Shown here in pieces: positions 30,403 through 39,286 of a DNA stretch of 64,000 nt (positions are counted from its first letter, which is position 1; the number at the start of each line of letters is the position of its first letter). The translations under genes and the position numbers were made by a program. The DNA comes from Halodesulfurarchaeum sp. (GTDB lineage Archaea; Halobacteriota; Halobacteria; Halobacteriales; Halobacteriaceae): contig JAXHNL010000002.1 of NCBI GenBank assembly GCA_034520565.1, forward strand, positions 448,001 through 512,000, read 5' to 3'. The notes beneath the pieces were generated by a model. That model searched no databases. It saw only the letters and a list, made by a program, of their open reading frames with translations, and was not told the DNA's origin.

Positions 30403-31096
30403 ACAAACCTACGAGGCGCAACTGTTCGCCCCGCTCTTCTATTCCAGCTCGGAGGGGCGGTCGATACGGACGGAGCCAATGCTATCGGCAACGGCACTGA
30501 TGCACGCACTCGGATACCGATATTTCGGGCTCGAAAAGCGTTATGCGGAGCTTGGCGATGAAGCAACCACCCCGGACTACAGCCACCTCGTCGAGCAACC
30601 GTTTTTCGTCACCGATATGCGGCCGATCAGCGTCGAAACTGACGAACGAACGTTCCGGAGTGTAGACTACCGCTCCGAGCGTCATTTCACGACGAACCAG
30701 CGCGAGATCGCGAAACGAATAAATGGCAAGAAATCGGTTCCTGATATTCTTGAAACATCGGGAGCGGCGTGGCAAACCATGCGAAATTACGTCGGTATCG
30801 CCCCGGGGTCACGGTACGAGTTCACCGTCTGGAGTGACGAAGGACTTCCCGAGAAACCGTTCTTCCGAATGGGCGTCAAACAGACCGGCGAGTTTCGGGC
30901 ACGAGAGCAAACCCTCGATACAGTAGTATTGAACAAATTCCTCCTCTCGGAAGTGTACGATTTGCCGGCGGATTTGCTCTCGGAGGTCGTCGAACGAAGT
31001 GCGTCGTTTCAGCGAGGAAACGATCCTCGACTGCAGCATTTCGTCGGTGTGGAGCCAGATTTCGTCCGTGATCGCGTCATTCCAAAAGTGGTATGA
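30395..31096 (+). CDS. cas5: Type I-D Cas5 (Csc1)
   Basis: PLFYSS..LSATALMHALG N-terminus, IAPGSRYEFTV, FRMG; position in operon. Confidence 0.8.
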   Translation: MIEQTYEAQLFAPLFYSSSEGRSIRTEPMLSATALMHALGYRYFGLEKRYAELGDEATTPDYSHLVEQPFFVTDMRPISVETDERTFRSVDYRSERHFTTNQREIAKRINGKKSVPDILETSGAAWQTMRNYVGIAPGSRYEFTVWSDEGLPEKPFFRMGVKQTGEFRAREQTLDTVVLNKFLLSEVYDLPADLLSEVVERSASFQRGNDPRLQHFVGVEPDFVRDRVIPKVV

Positions 31097-32971
31097 CTTT
31101 GATAAAGGGAGCGAGTCTGGCGACCGAGGAAGCCAAATACGGTTTTCCGGATCGTGGATTCGATTATGCTCGGGCATTTCAAAATCGAGTTGCGGAATGG
31201 GTACATGAAGGAGAAGAGCAGGTTGCAGTCCTCCGGGCACCGACAGGGGCTGGGAAAACTGCGACGTTTCACGAACTCATCGACTCGAATGGAATTACGC
31301 TTCTCGTCTATCCCACAAACGCCCTGTTAAACCAACAAGCAAACCGGTTTGAAGAAGATGGCGTTCAAACGAAGGTATTGACCGGCGATACGCTAGAAGG
31401 ACACCATAGGCAACGGACCGAAAATTTGCTTCGAGCTGTAAATCGATTTGCGGCAGACCACGATGTCGTACTGACCAATCCGGACATATTGCAGGCGGTT
31501 ATCCAAGGACAGTACGCGGGGAAACAGGCGATGGAATTCTTCGATAAATTCGACGCCATCGTCTATGACGAGTTTCACTTCTACGGTGACCTTGCGGCAA
31601 GCGGACTGCTGCTTCAAACGAGAATTATTGTCGACCGAAATCCAGCCGCCCAAGTGTTACTCGCATCAGCAACGCCGAATGAGGAGTTCGTGGAATTCGT
31701 GAAAACCATCTTCGAAATTCCCGTGAGAGGGATTTCCTCGGAATACGATTCCAATGGCGATCAATTTCGATACGATGTCGAACTCCACCGCCAAGAGGCA
31801 GATCGGATCATCGAGAAGAAAGATGCAGTAGCCGAACAGCTACGGGAGGCTATCGAAGGGGTCGATCGGGGGGAAACCCGCGCCGTTGTCGTATTTAATG
31901 GAGTAAAGGACAGCAACGATTTTCATTCATACCTCGAATCAGACCATCCAGATCTCTTCGAACGAATCGAAAAAGACAACGGTTTTGACACGAACGACCC
32001 CGACTTCGATCTCGAAGAATCCGAGTTTTCGATATTGAACACCACAAGCAAGGGTGAAGTCGGTCTCGATTACGACATTCGAACGTTGATCATGGAGACA
32101 CCGAAAGGGCCGACTGCCGGAAGTGATTTTCTCCAACGGTTCGGCCGTGCGGGCCGACAGGCCAAAGCAACGGTTGACGTCTATGGATTGGGACAGCTTC
32201 CGTGGGGAGACGATCTGTCGTTTCCAGAGTTTTCCAAATTGATTGTAGATGCGCTGGGAAACTCCCAAATGCAAATCAAAAGCCTCGATGATCTGGTCGG
32301 ACTTCGAGCTGCATACGCCCTTCACGTGCGAAAGCGGGATTACAATCTCGAACTCCAGGAGGACTTCGCGTCCGTGAATCAATATGGGAGGTGGAAGGGG
32401 TTTATGGATGCAATCAGGAACGTCCTCGAAAACGAGGTCGGAGGGCTCGGAGATCCACTTCAGGAAAACGATCCCGAAACGAAAATTCTCGAATTCACCG
32501 ATCATTGTTTCGGTGCATTCCGTGGTCTGAGAGGTCGATCGTTGACTGGCGAAATTAGATATCCGAGAGGCGACCGGACCGCCCTAACGAGCTACGACCT
32601 TCTTTCGACGCTTCGATACTATGACATCGAAACTGTCGAGGACGAATCCGTGATCGTCCTCGGCGAAGTACAGGACGAATATCCGACCACAGGTGACCGC
32701 TCGACTACCAGGTTACGAATCCCGACCTCGGGATTATGGTTCCTCCACTCAGGACATCGAGCATGATTTGCAGCAATGGATCCACGGCGAGATTGATCGG
32801 GGAGATATCGACGCTAAAGTCGGCATTAGCAGTGATCTGCTTCACCTGTTCTTTGACCGAGTCCGAATAACCGAAGCCGCCGTCCCGACGTTAGTTCGCT
32901 GCGGGAAGTTCGAAATTGAAGTCGAGCTCGATGGAATTCCGACGGTCACCGCATACCAGAGAGACCTATGA
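31093..32971 (+). CDS. cas3: Type I-D Cas3' helicase (no HD domain), apparent +1 frameshift near 32692
   Basis: APTGAGKT, YPTNAL, TNPDIL, DEFH, SATP, EVGLD, QRFGRAGR; C-terminus VTARLPGYES... in next frame. Confidence 0.9.
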
Positions 32972-33561
32972 GTGAAAACCTCGTCAACGTCTCGGATTTG
33001 AACCAATACCTCTACTGTCCGCGTCGATACTGGTATCTCGAATTTTTCGACACGCAAGGGAGGAATTACTACCGGATAGAAGGGAAAACACGACACGAGA
33101 ACAAAGCGTCTCGGGGCAATTGGATCGACGAGTTATACCTCGAATCTGATACACTCGGGCTCAAAGGAAAAATCGACGTAATAGATCTCGAGGACGGACG
33201 GACAGTCCCGATCGAACGGAAGCGTGCCGAAAGTGGCGACTATTACTGGAACGATGAAATCCAGCTTGCGGCGTATTGTCTCCTGCTGGAAGAAAATATC
33301 GGAGAGGACGTCCGAGAGGGAGCGATCTACCTCTATGAAACCGACCAACGAATGCACATCCCCATCACGGCAGACCACCGGAAAGCGGTCCGTGAGGCTA
33401 TCGAATCAATGCGGTCGATGTCGCCGGATTCTGTCCCATCACTCACGGACAACCCAAACAAGTGCGAGAAGTGCTCCACCCGCCAGTACTGCATGCCCGC
33501 CGAAACCGCGCAACTCGAACCCGAGCGGGCCCGCGGAACGGGCTGGGAGGTGGACGGATGA
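32968..33561 (+). CDS. cas4: Cas4 RecB-like nuclease
   Basis: YLYCPRR, GKIDVI, IERK, QLAAY, KCEKCSTRQYC. Confidence 0.95.
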   Translation: MSENLVNVSDLNQYLYCPRRYWYLEFFDTQGRNYYRIEGKTRHENKASRGNWIDELYLESDTLGLKGKIDVIDLEDGRTVPIERKRAESGDYYWNDEIQLAAYCLLLEENIGEDVREGAIYLYETDQRMHIPITADHRKAVREAIESMRSMSPDSVPSLTDNPNKCEKCSTRQYCMPAETAQLEPERARGTGWEVDG

Positions 33562-34563
33562 AATCGACGGAAGGAATGTTAGACGAGTCGGTCGTCTACG
33601 TCACCAAGCAGGGCACCCAGGTCCGCACCGCAGAGGGCCGGATCGTCGTCTGGGACCCAAACGCCGAGGAAGACGAGGACCCGGAACTCGCGACCTACCC
33701 CAAAGAAAAGCTCGATACGATCAACGTCTTCGGCGGGGTCAATTTCACCACGCCGTTTCTGGCCGAAGCGAACCGGTACGGGATCGTCGCTCAACTACTT
33801 CACCCAGCACGGGAAGTACCGCGGAAGTTTCGTCCCGGAGCGAAACACCATCGCGGAGATCAGACGGGCCCAGTACGCACTGGATTTCTCGGAGGAACTC
33901 GCGATCGCGAAGTCGATGATCGCCGCGAAGATCCGCAACCAGCGAACGCTTCTCTCACGAAAGGGCGTCCGTGGGACGGAGGTGCTCAAGGACCTCGGAA
34001 AACGGACCCGAAACGCCTCGAATAAGGACGACCTCCGCGGAACGGAGGGCGAGGCGGCCGAGCGGTACTTCAGCCGTCTCGACGAGACGCTCGTCTCAGA
34101 CTGGACCTTCGAGAAGCGAACCAAGCGACCGCCGGAGGATCACGTCAATTCACTCCTCTCGTTGACCTACACGTTCATGAAGAACGAGGCGATGGGCGCG
34201 CTTCGGCAGTACAACCTCGATCCGTTCCTCGGCGTACTGCACGCCGATCGACACGGACGACCGTCACTCGCGCTCGACCTCGAGGAGGAATTCCGGCCGA
34301 TATTCTGTGACGCGCTTGTGACCCGACTGATCAATCGGGGAGTGTTCACCCACGACGATTTCAACAAGGACAATCACCTCTCAGAGGACGCGTTCAAGAC
34401 CTACCTCTCGAAGTTCGAGGACTTCATGCAGGAGGAGTTCACGCACCCGTATTTCGACTACCGGGTGACTCGGCGGAAGGCCATCAGACAGCAAACGATC
34501 CTCCTCCGAAAGGCGATCACGAACGAACTGAACGAATATCACGCACTCTCATTCGACAGATAA
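33558..34563 (+). CDS. cas1: Cas1 integrase, apparent +1 frameshift near 33789
   Basis: VYVTKQG, AKIRNQ, LRGTEGEAAERYF, NSLLSLTY, GVLH, LALDLEEEFRP. Confidence 0.93.
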
Positions 34564-34565
34564 CC

Positions 34566-34838
34566 ATGCGACTTGCCGTCACCTACGACGTCAGTTCGGA
34601 CTCGAACCGTCGCCGAGTGTATCGAACGCTGCAACGTTACGGGGCCTGGAAGCAATACAGCGTCTTCGAACTCAACGTTAGCAAAACGGAACGAGTGGAG
34701 TTAGAGGACGAACTCGAGTCACACATCGAGCCCGAGGACGACGATCGGATTCGAATCTACCGGTTGTGTGATGCCTGCCTCCGGGACACCACTGATCTCG
34801 GGACAGAACCGCCCGAAGAGCAGTCGAACGTCCTATAA
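34566..34838 (+). CDS. cas2: Cas2
   Basis: AVTYDVS..RRRVYRTLQRYG..QYSVFE..DRIRIYRLC. Confidence 0.95.
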   Translation: MRLAVTYDVSSDSNRRRVYRTLQRYGAWKQYSVFELNVSKTERVELEDELESHIEPEDDDRIRIYRLCDACLRDTTDLGTEPPEEQSNVL

Positions 34839-34950
34839 CTAGTTCGTGGATCTTTTTGTATCGGGTGTATAGCCCCCGTCCACGAAAACTGGTCGGCATT
34901 TGATGTCCAGAGGAAGATTTATGGCCTCTGTGGGCTGATTTTGACCCCCA
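34839..34950 (+). promoter_or_regulatory. CRISPR leader
   Basis: Non-coding region between cas2 and the first repeat; inverted motif TTCGTGGA...TCCACGAA; TATA-like ATTTATG about 30 nt before repeat 1. Confidence 0.75.
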
Positions 34951-36077
34951 GTCTCAGAAGGCAGAAAACCCGAACCGGGATTGAAACCGCAGTTCGTCGC
35001 GTTCGGACAGGTTCAACAGGGCTGTCTCAGAAGGCAGAAAACCCGAACCGGGATTGAAACCGTTGGATGTCCCCCTCTCATACGCTCACGTTTCAAGCGT
35101 CTCAGAAGGCAGAAAACCCGAACCGGGATTGAAACTCATAGAAGATAATCGCCCCGTCGGTGTCGTTCCAGTCTCAGAAGGCAGAAAACCCGAACCGGGA
35201 TTGAAACATGGTGATAAACCCAAAGCCGAACAAGCCAAGCGTCTCAGAAGGCAGAAAACCCGAACCGGGATTGAAACTGCACGGCTACGTGTACGGCCTA
35301 CGGCCGCGAATCGCGTCTCAGAAGGCAGAAAACCCGAACCGGGATTGAAACCGGGAGTTTTACACCAGTACAACCGGGCGTCAGGAAGTCTCAGAAGGCA
35401 GAAAACCCGAACCGGGATTGAAACTGGGTTCGCGTGGATTACGAAGGGTGGCGAATGCACGTCTCAGAAGGCAGAAAACCCGAACCGGGATTGAAACGGC
35501 AACTATGTATGAACGCGACAACCCCGTAGGGTTGGGTCTCAGAAGGCAGAAAACCCGAACCGGGATTGAAACGGCAACTATGTATGAACGCGACAACCCC
35601 GTAGGGTTGCGAGTATCTCAGAAGGCAGAAAACCCGAACCGGGATTGAAACAAGGGTATTGCTCTGGATAAAGGGGTCAACGACTGGTCTCAGAAGGCAG
35701 AAAACCCGAACCGGGATTGAAACCTGTGCGTTCTCGCGGTTCTTCGGCTTGCGGAGCGCGTCTCAGAAGGCAGAAAACCCGAACCGGGATTGAAACAATG
35801 AAACCGTCCTGCGAACCGTGCCGTCCAATCAACGCGTCTCAGAAGGCAGAAAACCCGAACCGGGATTGAAACCGCGCCTTAGAGCCAGCCCGCCTGCCGG
35901 TCGTCTCGAGTCTCAGAAGGCAGAAAACCCGAACCGGGATTGAAACTGTCCATGCGGAACCGTTCTAGTGGTGGTGTTCAAGGTCTCAGAAGGCAGAAAA
36001 CCCGAACCGGGATTGAAACATCTTGGCTGGATGTTCAGGCGGTGGGGTCCTGAACGTCTCAGAAGGCAGAAAACCCG
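34951..36077 (+). CRISPR. CRISPR array: 37-bp repeat GTCTCAGAAGGCAGAAAACCCGAACCGGGATTGAAAC, 15 full repeats plus a truncated terminal repeat, 15 spacers
   Basis: Repeats at 34951, 35024, 35099, 35171, 35241, 35315, 35388, 35461, 35536, about 35615 (altered 5' end), 35687, 35760, 35836, 35910, 35983, and a 22-bp remnant at 36056. Spacers mostly 33-39 bp. CCCG-AAC-CGGG hairpin and ATTGAAAC 3' end. Confidence 0.98.
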
Positions 36078-36133
36078 GTCCGTGTAAGGGGAGCACCGGC
36101 ACGGTTTTTTCCCACCCCCGCCATCGCCCGCAC

Positions 36134-37510
36134 ATGGACCAGATCTCGTTTGGCACCTCCGGCTGGCGGGCGACTCTCGATACCTTCACGGATCGACGGG
36201 TCCGGATGGTCGCACAGGCGACCGCCGATCACCTCGCGGCCGAAGGCCTCGCTGACCGCCCAGTCGCCGTGGGCTACGACGCCAGGGAGACTTCCCGGGG
36301 GTTCGCCGAGGAGGTCAGCCGGGTGCTCGCCGCCAACGGCTTCGATGTCATGCTCCCCGAGCGCGACGTCCCCACCCCGCTCGTGGCCTACGCCATCGCG
36401 GATCGGGATCTCGCGGGCGGGCTGGTGATCTCGGCCTCGCACAACCCACCGGAGTACAACGGCATCAAGTTCTTCCCGGCCGACGCCGCCCCCGCGATGC
36501 CCGAGACGACCGACGACATCGAATCCCGGCTTTCCGAACCCGACCCGCTGCCCGAAGCCGGGTGGGGATCGATCCGCGAGGTCGACTACCGCGAACCCCA
36601 CGCGAGCCACGCGATGGACCTCGTCGAACCTGATCTCGCGGGGCTCGAGATCGTCTACGACGCGATGCACGGCAGCGGCCGCGGGGTCACCGACCGCCTG
36701 CTCGAGACGGCCGGGGCAACGGTTACCCGCCGTCGCTGCGAACTGGACCCGGAATTCGGGGGGACCCCGCCGGAACCGAGCGAGGAGAACCTCCAGGGGC
36801 TCGTCGACGCAGTCGTCGAAGCCGGCGCCGACCTCGGGATCGCAAACGACGGCGACGCCGACCGCCTGGCGGTCGTGACGCCCGAGCGAGGCTACCTCGA
36901 CGAGAACCTGTTTTTCGCCGCGACCTACGACCGCCTCCTCGAACAGCAATCGGGCCCGGCGGTCCGCACCGTCTCGACGACGTTCCTGATCGACCGGGTC
37001 GTGACGTCCCACGGCGAACAGGTGATCGAGACGCCCGTAGGGTTCAAGTGGGTCGCCCAGGCCATGCAAGAACACGACGCGCTGATGGGCGGGGAGGAGT
37101 CCGGCGGGTTCTCGATCCGCGGACACATCCGGGAGAAAGACGGTGTGCTGATGGCGCTCCTCGCGGCCGCGACCGAGGCCGAACGGGCCTACGACGACCG
37201 GCTCGACGCCCTTCGAGACGAACACGGCGAAATCCACCAGGACAAGGTGAGCGTGGACTGTCCCGACGCCGAGAAGGAGCGCGTGATCGCCGAGCTGGCG
37301 GAGACCCTCCCCGAGACCATCGCGGACCGGTCGGTCGAGGACACAAACCCGGCCGACGGCGTCAAGGCGCTGCTCGAAGACGGTTCGTGGCTGCTCGTCC
37401 GCCCGAGTGGCACGGAACCGAAGATGCGGGTCTACGCCGAGGCGGCGAGCCGGAATCGGGTCGAAGCGCTGCTCGCGGCCGGCCGGGAGCTGGTCGAACC
37501 CCTGGTGTAG
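36134..37510 (+). CDS. pmm: Phosphomannomutase/phosphoglucomutase
   Basis: FGTSGWR, ISASHNP, DGDADR, GGEESGG, RPSGTEPKMRVYAE. Confidence 0.95.
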   Translation: MDQISFGTSGWRATLDTFTDRRVRMVAQATADHLAAEGLADRPVAVGYDARETSRGFAEEVSRVLAANGFDVMLPERDVPTPLVAYAIADRDLAGGLVISASHNPPEYNGIKFFPADAAPAMPETTDDIESRLSEPDPLPEAGWGSIREVDYREPHASHAMDLVEPDLAGLEIVYDAMHGSGRGVTDRLLETAGATVTRRRCELDPEFGGTPPEPSEENLQGLVDAVVEAGADLGIANDGDADRLAVVTPERGYLDENLFFAATYDRLLEQQSGPAVRTVSTTFLIDRVVTSHGEQVIETPVGFKWVAQAMQEHDALMGGEESGGFSIRGHIREKDGVLMALLAAATEAERAYDDRLDALRDEHGEIHQDKVSVDCPDAEKERVIAELAETLPETIADRSVEDTNPADGVKALLEDGSWLLVRPSGTEPKMRVYAEAASRNRVEALLAAGRELVEPLV

Positions 37511-37527
37511 GCTCCCGAGCCCGGTTC

Positions 37528-37962
37528 TCAGTACAGGCCGCCACCGTCGTCGTCACTCGACTCGCCCAGCGGCTCCTCGATCGTCGCATCCCCCACGCCG
37601 ACTTTCATGCTCATGCCCGAGAGGTCCGCGGAGCCGTGATAGGCACAGTATACCTCGTAGACGCCGCTCTCCTCGAAGGTGTGTGTCGTCTCCTCGCCGC
37701 TTGCCACGACGGTGTCTTTCTCCCAGTTCGTCGAGGCACTGGTCACCGTGTGATCCATCCCGGAATCGTTCGTCCAGGTGACGGTCGTCCCGGCGTCGAC
37801 CTCGATGTTCCGCGGGTCGAACTGGGAATCGGTCATCGAGACGGTCGCCGGTCCGGTTTCGGTGGTGCCATTCCCCGTGTCGCTTCCCCCGCCCGCACAG
37901 CCGGCGACCAGCACGAGACCGCCGGCGACGGCAGTTCGAAGGAACTCGCGTCGGTGTGTCAT
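37528..37962 (-). CDS. Halocyanin/plastocyanin-like blue copper Tat lipoprotein
   Basis: THRREFL twin-arginine motif, LVAGC lipobox, VTWTN..HTV and YCAYH....GM copper ligands. Confidence 0.88.
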   Translation of the reverse strand: MTHRREFLRTAVAGGLVLVAGCAGGGSDTGNGTTETGPATVSMTDSQFDPRNIEVDAGTTVTWTNDSGMDHTVTSASTNWEKDTVVASGEETTHTFEESGVYEVYCAYHGSADLSGMSMKVGVGDATIEEPLGESSDDDGGGLY

Positions 37963-37970
37963 GCTAACAA

Positions 37971-38065
37971 GTTTCAATCCCGGCAGGTTGGGGCTTTGCC
38001 ATCCGGCGGCGCTCGCTGGCAAATTCGGCGGTTTCGACCCTGCTCGGTGCAGAGGGGTGACAGAC
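37971..38065 (-). CRISPR. Candidate degenerate mini-array (pseudo-repeat, 23-nt spacer, pseudo-repeat)
   Basis: Minus strand: GTCTGTCACCCCTCTGCACCGAGCAGGGTCGAAAC / CGCCGAATTTGCCAGCGAGCGCC / GCCGGATGGCAAAGCCCCAACCTGCCGGGATTGAAAC; the last 13 nt are identical to the array repeat 3' end. Confidence 0.45.
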
Positions 38066-38079
38066 GACGAGAGGGGTAA

Positions 38080-38523
38080 TCAGTCGACCGCGCGCTCGAC
38101 GTACGCCACCGCCGCAGCCGGCGTCTCGACGGGCTCCACGCCCTCGACGTCGTGCGTGTCGAGTCCGGCGACCGGCCGGCCCATGTCGAGCGCGTGGGCG
38201 ATCTCCGAGAGCGTGCCGGTGGCGCCGTCGACGGCGATGGCCGCCTCGCCGTTCTTGACGACGAGCACGTTCCGGGCCGACCCCATTCCGGTCGCGATCG
38301 GCACGTCGATATACCGGTTGGCCGCGGCCGGGTCGTCGCCGGGCAAAATGCCGATCGTTCGGCCACCGACCTCGTCCATACCGCGAGCGACCGCCTCCAT
38401 GACGCCCGTCAGCCCGCCACAGACCACCTCGTGGCCCCGATCCCCGAGTTGGCGCCCGAGCGAGGTGGCCACCTGCTCGGTATCCCCGTCCACCGTCCCA
38501 CCGCCGATGACGCTGACTCGCAT
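38080..38523 (-). CDS. TIGR00725/LOG-like (SLOG) Rossmann-fold protein
   Basis: VSVIGGG, VVCGGLTGVMEAVARG, TIGILPG, ARNVLVV, GTLSEIAHAL. Confidence 0.9.
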   Translation of the reverse strand: MRVSVIGGGTVDGDTEQVATSLGRQLGDRGHEVVCGGLTGVMEAVARGMDEVGGRTIGILPGDDPAAANRYIDVPIATGMGSARNVLVVKNGEAAIAVDGATGTLSEIAHALDMGRPVAGLDTHDVEGVEPVETPAAAVAYVERAVD

Positions 38524-38675
38524 TTGCCTGTTCTACGCCGTGCGCGGTCCGTAGTCCTTCCGGCCGCAACGCAGTCGAGTTGTCCGAGGGGCCGAATCGG
38601 TCGCGTCTTCAAACCGGAGCGTCGGCCAGACACCCGGCACCCAGCTTTAAGCCGTGTCTCGACGGACGTTCGGAT

Positions 38676-39239
38676 ATGCTCCTCCAGGTTTCGGGCCCGA
38701 TCGTCGGCCTAATCGGGGACGTGTTCGGCGAGCTGCTGGGTTCGATCGTCGAAGCGTTGCCCCGGTTGCTCTCCGGGCTCCTGTTTCTCGGACTGGCCTA
38801 CATCGGGATCAGAGTCGTTCTCTCGGTCCTGCGACGGATACTCGACCGGGCCTATCCCGCCGAACAGGACATGATCGTCGACCTTTCGGTGGTCGTAATC
38901 GGCGGGCTCCTCTGGTTCGGGGCGCTGCTGGTCCTGCTGAAACTCGTCGGGATGGGCGAGGTCGCGGCCAGCCTCGGGACTGCCACGGGGTTCATCGCGC
39001 TGGGGATCGCGTTCGCACTGAAGGAGATGATCGCGGACACCGTCGCCGGGGTCTACCTCCTCAAAGACCCCGATTTCAACATCGGCGATGCCGTCGAGAC
39101 GGCCTCGGTCTCGGGCACCATCGAGCGGATCGACCTTCGGAAGACCCGGATCCGTGACACGGAGGGACACCTCGTCGTGGTCGCCAACCGCGACGTCGAA
39201 AAGCGGTGGACCCAGCAAAGTTCCGAGCCCGTCGACTGA
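38676..39239 (+). CDS. Small-conductance mechanosensitive channel (MscS) family protein
   Basis: TM helices then GIAFALKEMIADTVAGVYLL..FNIGD..GTIERIDLRKT. Confidence 0.88.
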   Translation: MLLQVSGPIVGLIGDVFGELLGSIVEALPRLLSGLLFLGLAYIGIRVVLSVLRRILDRAYPAEQDMIVDLSVVVIGGLLWFGALLVLLKLVGMGEVAASLGTATGFIALGIAFALKEMIADTVAGVYLLKDPDFNIGDAVETASVSGTIERIDLRKTRIRDTEGHLVVVANRDVEKRWTQQSSEPVD

Positions 39240-39286
39240 CTTCGGAAACCTGGCGGTGTCGACCGAGTCCCCCCGAAAGCGAGGAG

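Noticed and set aside
30200-33800. Programmed frameshifting in cas7, cas3 or cas1
   Set aside because: No slippery heptamers, and the same kind of indel occurs in unrelated housekeeping genes.
35054-36189. ORFs spanning the CRISPR array, including the N-terminal extension of pmm
   Set aside because: These are translations of repeat-spacer units; pmm starts at ATG 36134.
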